DNA of 54,013 nucleotides from Chitinivibrionales bacterium (GTDB taxonomy: Bacteria > Fibrobacterota > Chitinivibrionia > Chitinivibrionales > WJMI01), in contig WJMI01000079.1 of assembly GCA_014728015.1 (NCBI GenBank), forward strand, positions 1 to 54,013. The letters are read 5' to 3'. Positions 47,139-54,013 of this stretch are shown in pieces; the first letter of the stretch is position 1; each line of letters starts with the position of its first letter. The notes under the pieces were generated by a model. The model searched no databases and was not told the origin of the DNA. It worked only from the letters and a program-made list of their open reading frames with translations. A program made the translations under genes and the position numbers.

Positions 47139-47163
47139 TCCCCGGCGCTTTGCCGGGGATTTT
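47139..47163 (+). terminator. Rho-independent terminator of htrA (second of two tandem GC hairpins)
   Basis: Hairpin 1 at 47120-47138 is GCGGGGG-ttctt-CCCCCGC. Hairpin 2 is CCCCGGC-gcttt-GCCGGGG followed by ATTTT. Confidence 0.5.
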
Positions 47164-47218
47164 CCCGTGCCCGCACCCGCGTATTTCACATAAAGATGAT
47201 TGTGCTTGCATTTAATAT

Positions 47219-47247
47219 TTGACAGACGTATCTTAATTTGCTGTATT
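47219..47247 (+). promoter_or_regulatory. Sigma-70-like promoter TTGACA-N17-TGTATT for the downstream lipoprotein gene
   Basis: A perfect -35 hexamer lies at 47219-47224 and a 4/6 -10 at 47242-47247, about 45 nt upstream of ATG 47292, in an AT-rich spacer. Confidence 0.35.
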
Positions 47248-47291
47248 CGCATATTCGCCTGTTTCCCCTCTCATTAAACGGAGGAACCAAA

Positions 47292-48173
47292 ATGAGGAAG
47301 GTCTTGCTCCTAGTGCTTTGTTTAAGCGCTCTCATGGCCTTCTGGGGCTGCGGTGTGAGCCGGAGGACCTTAGAGGATGCCGAGAAACGCATTGCCGCTC
47401 TGAAGGAGCGAGGCGTACCTGACAGTTCGCTTTCGCGGGCCAAGGTGTTCCTCTACCAGGCCAGAGATGCAAAACAGCGGGGAAATATGGGGCTGGCACG
47501 GGCCTCAGCCGATTCCATGCGCATCCTTATTGCCAAAGCCGAAGACGATTACGCCAAGGCAATGGAAAGACTGAAACCCTACCTTGCCAGCATGCGCGGC
47601 AAGTTCCAGAAGGTCCGGGCAGATCTCAGCGGGCTGCACCAGGCGCGGCTCGACAGCATGATGAATATCATCGATTCGCTGACCGCCATGAGCTGGCTGA
47701 TTGCGGCCGAGGCCCAGGCCAATGTTCTCGATTCAATGCTTCCCCGGCTCGAGTTCGACCAGAATCGCGCCGAGGAACTCCGCTCCCGCCTTCCGGGGAC
47801 CTGGGTGTGCACCCAGAAGACCACGCATGCGGAAGACAAATCGGTCAATGCGGTTGAGAAAAAGGTGTTCTCCTTCGACCGCGACGGCAAGGCCAAGCTG
47901 GTGGAAAACAAGAAAGGCAAAAGCAGCCCGTTCCTCAAGGAAGACTGGGAGTTCCGTTCCTGGGGCACGTGGGACCTGCTGGGCGATACGATTCACCTGT
48001 TTATCGAACGTTTTGCCTGTACCCGCCAGCAGTTCGAGGAATATCACAAGAAAAACGGCAAAGTATGGTGGGAGAAGAAGCTTCATCCCACATACGATTC
48101 GACTATCACCGACGGCAGTCAGGATCGATGGATTACATTTGCCGACTTGAAGAAGGATTTTGTGCGGCGGTAG
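47292..48173 (+). CDS. Lipoprotein of unknown function (helical N-half, beta-rich C-half)
   Basis: GGAGGA lies upstream of ATG 47292. The lipobox-like sequence is LMAFWGC. I recognise no family. Confidence 0.7.
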   Translation: MRKVLLLVLCLSALMAFWGCGVSRRTLEDAEKRIAALKERGVPDSSLSRAKVFLYQARDAKQRGNMGLARASADSMRILIAKAEDDYAKAMERLKPYLASMRGKFQKVRADLSGLHQARLDSMMNIIDSLTAMSWLIAAEAQANVLDSMLPRLEFDQNRAEELRSRLPGTWVCTQKTTHAEDKSVNAVEKKVFSFDRDGKAKLVENKKGKSSPFLKEDWEFRSWGTWDLLGDTIHLFIERFACTRQQFEEYHKKNGKVWWEKKLHPTYDSTITDGSQDRWITFADLKKDFVRR

Positions 48174-48198
48174 AATCAACCAGCGCAGCGCGAAATGC

Positions 48199-48234
48199 AA
48201 AAAGGCGGAGAGGGATTCTCTCCGCCTTTTTTTT
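48199..48234. terminator. Bidirectional rho-independent terminator
   Basis: The structure is AAAAA-GGCGGAGAG-ggatt-CTCTCCGCC-TTTTTTTT. It serves the convergent lipoprotein gene (+) and rpmA (-). Confidence 0.75.
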
Positions 48235-48263
48235 CGATTGGTGCGGACGGGCGAAATGGATGT

Positions 48264-48521
48264 TCAGGTTGCCGGCACGATGTGTACCTTTTTCTTGTTT
48301 TTGCCGAAGCTCTGAAATTGAACGCGGCCGTTTGCCTTGGCAAAGAGGGTATCATCCGAGCCCTTGCCCACATTGATTCCCGGGTGAAGGCGCGTTCCGC
48401 GCTGGCGGACGATAATGCTTCCCGCGGTTACCACTTCACCGCCGAAACGCTTGACTCCCAGCATTTTCGGCTTGCTGTCTCGGCCGTTGCGGCTGCTGCC
48501 GACCCCTTTTTTATGGGCCAT
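48264..48521 (-). CDS. rpmA: 50S ribosomal protein L27
   Basis: [29 protein letters not shown]... is canonical L27. Confidence 0.97.
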   Translation of the reverse strand: MAHKKGVGSSRNGRDSKPKMLGVKRFGGEVVTAGSIIVRQRGTRLHPGINVGKGSDDTLFAKANGRVQFQSFGKNKKKVHIVPAT

Positions 48522-48541
48522 ACCTACCTCTCAGGATGAAT

Positions 48542-48883
48542 CTATGCCTTAATCGATGTAATCTGGAGCCGGGTGAACGGCTGGCGGTGGCCGTTTTTGC
48601 GCTTGTAGTCTTCGCGCCGCTTCTTCTTGACCACCAGTACCTTGGGACCTTTGCCGTTTCCCATGACTTTCGCGCGGACCTTGGCGCCCTTGACCTCGGG
48701 TGTGCCGACTTTCACCGCATCGCCATCGCGCACCAGCAGCACCCGGTCGAGACTGATTTCCTTGCCTTCGTCGGCATCGACACTCGGCACCCGTATGGTG
48801 TCACCTTCAGTGACCGTGAACTGGAAACCGCCCTGTTCGACCACGGAAACCATGGCCGCCGTCTGTTTCTTCTTGCGCGGCAT
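48542..48883 (-). CDS. rplU: 50S ribosomal protein L21
   Basis: The L21 core reads [23 protein letters not shown]... ATG 48883 (GGAGGA 9 nt upstream) adds a 10-aa basic extension [13 protein letters not shown] 48853 is the alternative. The track start 48952 is unlikely. Confidence 0.9.
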   Translation of the reverse strand: MPRKKKQTAAMVSVVEQGGFQFTVTEGDTIRVPSVDADEGKEISLDRVLLVRDGDAVKVGTPEVKGAKVRAKVMGNGKGPKVLVVKKKRREDYKRKNGHRQPFTRLQITSIKA

Positions 48884-48954
48884 ATTCGACTTATCCTCCG
48901 TCAAATCAGGCAAAAGACCGTATAAAATAAGTTCTTGGACTGCCGGATGCAACC

Positions 48955-48980
48955 GGGGCGGCCGGAGGCCGGCCCGCCCT
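48955..48980 (-). other. Stable GC hairpin immediately after the rng stop, upstream of rplU
   Basis: GGGCGGCCGG-agg-CCGGCC(C)GCCC forms a 10-bp stem with one bulge. There is no adjacent U-tract. It may be a processing or attenuation structure. Confidence 0.3.
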
Positions 48981-48981
48981 G

Positions 48982-50508
48982 CTAATCCCGCTGCCTCCCG
49001 CGCTTCTTTCGCGGCTCAAGCTCGAATTCGTCAGGATCCAGCTCGTCGCTTTCCACCACATCAAGGTGGACCTTGTGCTCTTTCTCCAGTCTCCGGACAA
49101 TACTGCCTTTCTCCTGCTGCAGATACGAGGCCACCGAGGGGTGGACGGCCAGTGCAAATGCCTTGGCCCCGTCCTTGCGGGGCCGGCCGAGCCACCGGTC
49201 GATGCGGGTGGTGACGGTGGCGGGCGAGAACACCCGCCCGAGCCCGTTGCAGGCGGGGCAGATATCGGTGAACATCTCCTGGAGCTCCGGCCGCACGCGC
49301 TTGCGGGTTATTTCTATCAGGCCGAATTTCGACAGGCCCGTCTGGGATGCGGCCGTGGGATCGTTGTGCATCCGCTTGCGCATTTCGTCTTCGATGCGCC
49401 GCTGGTGATCGTTTCGTCGCATGTCAATGAAGTCCACCACGATCAATCCGCCGATGTCGCGGAGGCGGAGTTGCCGCCATATCTCTGAAACCGCCTCGAG
49501 GTTGGTCTTGAATATGGTTTCGTCAAGACTGCTTCTTCCCACATGCCGGCCGGTGTTGACATCGATGGCCAGGAGCGCCTCGCCGCGATCGAAGAGCAGG
49601 TAGCCGCCGCTCTTCAGCCATACCTTGCGCCGCAGTGAACGCTCGATGTCCTTCTCGACGTCGAATTTGTCAAAGAGCGGGACTTTGTCGCGGTACGGCT
49701 TCACGCGCTTTATCAGCTCCGGGGAGACCTTGCGCAGGTAGGAGAGGATCTCGTCGTATTCGCGCTTCTCGTCGACCAGCACCTCGGTGACGGCATCCGA
49801 AAACATGTCGCGGACCACCCTGGTCGCCATGCTCTGTTCCCGGTAGATGAGGCCCGGGCCCTTTCCTTTCAGCGCGTTTTCCTGGATCGTGCGCCAGCGC
49901 TCGATAAGCACGTGGATCTCGTTAACAAACTCGGTTTCGGAAACCTGCAGCCCGATGGTCCGCACAATGAATCCAATGCCCGGCGGCTTGAGCTGCGCGA
50001 TGAGCTTCTTGAGGCGGCGGCGCTTCGCCGGATCCTGGGTCTTCTTGGACACCCCGATGAATCCGGCATCCGGGACCAGGACCAAAAACCGCCCGGCAAC
50101 GCTTATCTGGGTCGTCACCTTGGCGTTCTTCGTGCCGATAGGCTCCTTGATCACCTGGACGAGCACCTCCTGGCCTTCGGTGAGCACCTTCTCGATAGGC
50201 ACGCGCGGGACCGAGCGGCGCTTGGAGTGATGCCGGTTGGTGAACCGTTCAATAAGATCGTCGTCGTGGTCGAGCAGCAGTGACGGGTCCACGTCTGATG
50301 CGTGCAGAAAGGCGTTCTTCTCGAGTCCCATGTCGATGAACGCCGATTGGATGCCGGGCAGTATCGAGACCACGCGTCCTCGATAGATGTTTCCGAGCAT
50401 CCGGTATTGATCGGGCCGTTCGACCACCAGTTCCGCAAGCTTGTTGTTCTCGAGCAGCGCAACTCGTTTTTCCGTGAGTGTGGCGCTGAGCAAAATCCGT
50501 TTTTCCAT
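48982..50508 (-). CDS. rng: Ribonuclease E/G family protein (RNase G-like)
   Basis: The S1 domain reads GNIYRGRVVSILPGIQSAFIDMG, and the catalytic-core pattern includes IVVDFIDM. The product is 508 aa. Confidence 0.9.
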   Translation of the reverse strand: MEKRILLSATLTEKRVALLENNKLAELVVERPDQYRMLGNIYRGRVVSILPGIQSAFIDMGLEKNAFLHASDVDPSLLLDHDDDLIERFTNRHHSKRRSVPRVPIEKVLTEGQEVLVQVIKEPIGTKNAKVTTQISVAGRFLVLVPDAGFIGVSKKTQDPAKRRRLKKLIAQLKPPGIGFIVRTIGLQVSETEFVNEIHVLIERWRTIQENALKGKGPGLIYREQSMATRVVRDMFSDAVTEVLVDEKREYDEILSYLRKVSPELIKRVKPYRDKVPLFDKFDVEKDIERSLRRKVWLKSGGYLLFDRGEALLAIDVNTGRHVGRSSLDETIFKTNLEAVSEIWRQLRLRDIGGLIVVDFIDMRRNDHQRRIEDEMRKRMHNDPTAASQTGLSKFGLIEITRKRVRPELQEMFTDICPACNGLGRVFSPATVTTRIDRWLGRPRKDGAKAFALAVHPSVASYLQQEKGSIVRRLEKEHKVHLDVVESDELDPDEFELEPRKKRGRQRD

Positions 50509-50562
50509 AGTGTTTCCTGTTTCTGGTTGATGCCTGCGGCGCGCGTTTCCCCAACGCTGCGC

Positions 50563-53500
50563 CTAAAAGTTGATACGGACGGTCAGCGTGAGCGCGTGGT
50601 TGACCGTCTCTTCTTTTTCATACTCGTCCTCGATACGCTCGCCGAGGTACCGGAGCTCTCCTTTGACGTTCTCGGTAAAGTAATATGACACGTGCGGTTC
50701 GAGGGATAATTCCGTCCGGTCCCGCTCCTTGGCCTCGTCGTCGCGTTTCTGCTTGGCGTGCTTGTGCTTCGCCTCGACCCCCATGTCGAGCTCGCCCTTG
50801 ATCGGGATCACCCACCGGAAAATCTTGATCTCCGAGCGCCGGGTCGCGCGGATCTTGTAGCCGACGTCGGCCGTGTTCGTGTGCTCGGTCTTGCGCGTGC
50901 CCAGGGTATCGCCCCCGGCGCGCGACCTCGAGGACGTGGTGTCATAGGTGAAATCGTGGGAGTAGGCCGTGGAAATCGGCCATCGCTTGACCGTCCCCCG
51001 GAAACTGATCAAGGGCGCCCAGCCATGCTTGCGGGTAATGTCTTCCTTATCGGACGACAGCGCGCTGTCTTTGGCAAAGGAGTATGTGGATGACAGGTCC
51101 ATGTTCCGCATGAGCTGCTTGAGGAATGTCACCCGTTCGAGGATACGCGAGCTGGCTCCCACGCGGATTTCCGGCCACGTGACCGTCGTGTCGATGAATC
51201 CCGTGTCCGGCTTGTGCGTGTATCTCCGGCGCCATCCCAGGCTAATGGTATTGAACGAGAGATCCAGGGGCTCGGGGAACCGCATGCTCGTGCTCGTCTT
51301 CCAGTCCTGGTTGGTCGTCCGCAAATCGTTCTGGTACAGGCCGAGGGAGTCCTGCCGCGGATAACCAAGACGATACCGCACTCCGCCGAATGCATCTTTG
51401 TCGTCCATGTCCCCGGTGACGATGTCCCTAAACGAGCGCCCTTCCTTTCCAAGCTGGTAGGTGAAGAAATCCGCGCGGCCGATGCTCTTGCGGGCGAGAA
51501 ACGACGTGTCGAAATACTCGTTCTTCAGGTCCAATGACGCGTTGTAGCTGAAGTTGAAATCGTTGAGGCTCACCTTGCTCAGCCCTGTTTCCATGGCTTC
51601 GATCGTCCGGCTCAACCCTTTCAGCTTTTCCGTCGCGCCGCTGAGGTCGCCCAGAAGGGTGCGGATGCGGAGCCCGCTGCGGAACCCGAACTTCGAAACC
51701 ACGTTGGTATTGAGGTAGTCGGTGGAGTCGTTCGAGCGGTTTTGCGGGTATTGATTGTAGTTCGCGTCATAGTCGGCGGAATGGGTCAGCCAGTCGACAA
51801 ACTGGGGATTGAGCCGCAGGCCGAAGCGCTGCGTGCGCTTCTTTTCCGCGTGGACAATCAAGTATTCATGCCAGGTGGAATCGAGCGCGAATACCTTGTC
51901 TTCTGCGAACCGGCGCCACGAGCCTTCCCAGTCCTGCACGTCTTCGTCGAATTTCCGCACGATGCTCCAGTCGAAATCGATGTCGAGGAGCGGCTTGATC
52001 GGCCGGAATTTCGTCTGGAAACCGTGGTCCATACCGAGCTTCTTCTCCGAAAGCGTCGTCAGGGTGCGCGTGTCGTGCTCGTAGTACCTGCTGTACTCGG
52101 CATCGACCAGGTCGAAGTTGAGCGTGGCCGGCAGAAACGTGAGCTCGTACTGTTTCATCTGCCGCGGAAGGCGCTCGGCCTTGGCATCGGCGAACGGCTC
52201 CCATTTGGTCCAGTCGGGCGGCTTGCGCGGGCTGAGATCATACCCCAGCTCGCCGCGATACGTGCGCTTCGATGTGGTTTTCATGTGGTCGGGAAGGTCC
52301 GGATCGTCGCGCTGGCCCTTGTGGGTCGTGGTCGTGTCGCGCCCGTAGCTGGCGCTGGTGGTAACGCGCTCGGCGGTGAGATCGACCAGGCGATTGTCGG
52401 ACGTGGGGCTCTTGCTGTAGCTCGTACTGACCGTGCGGTTGACCGTGGTCTGTTCCCAGTGTTCCGCCTTGGTTTCGATGTCGTCCAGCTCGGTGCCCAC
52501 GATGAGCTCCGCAAAGTCCTTGGCCATGTGGGAGAGACGGTCCGGGCGGTCGTCATCGTGGGTCAGGTGGATGTCGGACCCTGGCTGGATTTTCGGCCGC
52601 GTAAGCGTGCCGGTGACGCTCGTGCTGAGAGGGACCGAAAACCCGTGGTGGGACGGGATGAATTTGTCAAGGGACCACTGGGCGCTGAGGCCGCCGCCCA
52701 CGCGGGAATCGCGGGGCGAATCGAAATCTTCGGACATCTGGCGGAAATCCGCATCCTCGTAGTTGGCGTTGAGGGACACGTTCATGAAGTCGGCCCACTG
52801 GGTGGTGAAATCGCCCCGGAACGCGTTGCCGCGCAAGGCCCGTATGCCCGATACGCGCAGCCCGTTGATCCAGACATCACCGGAGTCGAGCCGGGCGAGA
52901 TCCGACGGGTTGTTCTGGTCGCGCAGCACGCCCATGGCCATCCACTTGACATCAGAGAAGCTCGGCGCGATACCGGTCCGGGTGAACAGGCGGTACTGGG
53001 CGCCGTTGGGCAGCACGCGGACCACGCTCGCCGAATCGAATTGCTCGGAGAGCGAACCTTTGAGCTGGGCGATGTCGCGCAGGTTGATGCGTATCCCTTC
53101 AATCCAGCCGCGGTCGCGCAGCGAATTGGTGCCCGGCGCGCCGAACCGCTCCCGGTATTCGTAGTAGGTGGAGTCATTGAGCCCGAACCGGTATACGAAC
53201 CAGGTGTGCTCGTTTACCTGTTCAAACGCGGCCGGATCGGTATGCATGCGCACGAACATGCGGATTTCTTCGTAGTGGGACAGGTTAATGTTCTGGTAGG
53301 TAAAGAAACGCTCGGCCAGGGCCTCTTCGCCGCGCTCCAGGCTGCGATACTTCAGGCGCAGCGCCTGCTCTTTCTTGAGGAAATCGCGCGAGCCTTCTTC
53401 CCGAAGTTCCCACACCAGGGCCGGGGGCATGGTGAGGGAATTATAGAGCTGCGGATCGTCTTCGGTGTTGAGAACGCTCGCCTCTATCTTGATCGAGTCG

Positions 53501-54013
53501 CCGGTGAGACGCGGCTGCCACTGATTGCCCACGAACTCGATCGCGGCAAATTCCATCAGAAGACTGTCGGATTTCTTCTGGTCGGGGAATTCCTCCCACC
53601 ACAGGCGGACGAACCGTATCTCCGACCAGCTTGGCGCGGTCCCGCCCGTTGCATACACCGTATCGAAATACGGGTTGTCCTGGAGCGGTATGCGGAACCG
53701 CCGCCAGACGCCGGGCTGGGCCGAGTTTGCATTGGGGTCGTAGTAGGGGCTGTTTTCCGCATCGTCGAAATCGATGGTGGCCCTGAAGAAACGTTCCCGT
53801 GTGCTCCACCCGTTGTAATTGACGTCCTCCCGGGTCAGCCTTCCTTCGTCCCCCTCGGTGCCGTTTACCTTTGAACGGTTCTTGAGGGAGTCCTTGATAT
53901 GATGATAGCGCGCGAAGTTGTCGCGCGAGGGGTCGAGGGTGAACGGGCCCAGGGCCGGGTCGCCGTAGTAGAGCGTGTCCCAGTCGCTCGCGGTCGCGTT
54001 GGGAACGAGGTAA
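50563..54013 (-). CDS. sprA: T9SS translocon SprA/Sov-like outer-membrane protein, C-terminal ~1150 codons (5' end beyond window)
   Basis: The track start 53658 is an internal GTG. I translated the same frame upstream to base 54013 and found no stop (...DWDTLYYGDPALGPFTLD...VWRRFRIPLQDNPYFDTVYATGG...). SprA-like strings are W-x-FRIPL and NLSHYEEIRMFVRMH. The protein is a very long beta-rich sequence ending in LTVRINF. Confidence 0.7.
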   Translation of the reverse strand, partial: YLVPNATASDWDTLYYGDPALGPFTLDPSRDNFARYHHIKDSLKNRSKVNGTEGDEGRLTREDVNYNGWSTRERFFRATIDFDDAENSPYYDPNANSAQPGVWRRFRIPLQDNPYFDTVYATGGTAPSWSEIRFVRLWWEEFPDQKKSDSLLMEFAAIEFVGNQWQPRLTGDSIKIEASVLNTEDDPQLYNSLTMPPALVWELREEGSRDFLKKEQALRLKYRSLERGEEALAERFFTYQNINLSHYEEIRMFVRMHTDPAAFEQVNEHTWFVYRFGLNDSTYYEYRERFGAPGTNSLRDRGWIEGIRINLRDIAQLKGSLSEQFDSASVVRVLPNGAQYRLFTRTGIAPSFSDVKWMAMGVLRDQNNPSDLARLDSGDVWINGLRVSGIRALRGNAFRGDFTTQWADFMNVSLNANYEDADFRQMSEDFDSPRDSRVGGGLSAQWSLDKFIPSHHGFSVPLSTSVTGTLTRPKIQPGSDIHLTHDDDRPDRLSHMAKDFAELIVGTELDDIETKAEHWEQTTVNRTVSTSYSKSPTSDNRLVDLTAERVTTSASYGRDTTTTHKGQRDDPDLPDHMKTTSKRTYRGELGYDLSPRKPPDWTKWEPFADAKAERLPRQMKQYELTFLPATLNFDLVDAEYSRYYEHDTRTLTTLSEKKLGMDHGFQTKFRPIKPLLDIDFDWSIVRKFDEDVQDWEGSWRRFAEDKVFALDSTWHEYLIVHAEKKRTQRFGLRLNPQFVDWLTHSADYDANYNQYPQNRSNDSTDYLNTNVVSKFGFRSGLRIRTLLGDLSGATEKLKGLSRTIEAMETGLSKVSLNDFNFSYNASLDLKNEYFDTSFLARKSIGRADFFTYQLGKEGRSFRDIVTGDMDDKDAFGGVRYRLGYPRQDSLGLYQNDLRTTNQDWKTSTSMRFPEPLDLSFNTISLGWRRRYTHKPDTGFIDTTVTWPEIRVGASSRILERVTFLKQLMRNMDLSSTYSFAKDSALSSDKEDITRKHGWAPLISFRGTVKRWPISTAYSHDFTYDTTSSRSRAGGDTLGTRKTEHTNTADVGYKIRATRRSEIKIFRWVIPIKGELDMGVEAKHKHAKQKRDDEAKERDRTELSLEPHVSYYFTENVKGELRYLGERIEDEYEKEETVNHALTLTVRINF

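Noticed and set aside
51742-53874. 710-aa ORF on the plus strand
   Set aside because: It is antisense to the SprA-like gene. It is low-complexity and Arg/Gly/Val-rich. It is a shadow ORF.
1-54013. CRISPR arrays, IS elements/transposases, integrases, prophage or rRNA/tRNA genes
   Set aside because: I noticed no direct-repeat/spacer periodicity, no terminal inverted repeats flanking a transposase-like ORF and no recombinase motifs anywhere in the window. The only duplicated DNA is the tandem paralog pair at 36181-38032.

Overview
This is a 54 kb, GC-rich chromosomal window from a diderm bacterium. I place it in the FCB superphylum by inference, because it carries the C-terminal ~1150 codons of a SprA-like type IX secretion (T9SS) translocon, three proteins with T9SS-type C-terminal sorting domains, and a group-II GGGPS/PcrB homologue. 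About 44 protein genes are supported, with no rRNA, tRNA, CRISPR array or transposase.

Most of the window is housekeeping: alaS, recA, clpB, pyrR-pyrB-pyrC, galK, thiE, glmS, scpAB, mutS, guaB, htrA, rplU-rpmA and rng. Two real genes run off the window edges and are missing or truncated in the ORF track. One is a GH106-like hydrolase at 1-2951 (-). The other is the SprA-like gene, whose frame stays open from 50563 to 54013.

Many long ORFs in the track are antisense shadow frames typical of GC-rich DNA, and several listed starts are too far upstream.

The regions most worth a second look are:
- A tightly coupled five-gene Mla/Pqi-hybrid operon (STAS-MlaE, MlaF, MCE protein with long helical tail, PqiC-like lipoprotein, dedicated outer-membrane barrel candidate).
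- A three-domain diadenylate cyclase whose PTS-EIIA-like domain has Gln in place of the phospho-His. It sits in an operon with a GPAT-like acyltransferase, YjbQ and a LOG/TIGR00725 protein.
- Tandem paralogous T9SS cargo proteins of unrecognised fold.
- A textbook sigma-54 -24/-12 element in front of clpB. It lies just after an orphan intrinsic terminator inside a 610-bp recA-clpB spacer, which may encode an unannotated RNA.
- A GGGPS gene translationally coupled to alaS.
- An AT-richer HEPN-MNT toxin-antitoxin pair wedged between recA and alaS.

All family assignments come from motif recognition by eye. No database search was run.
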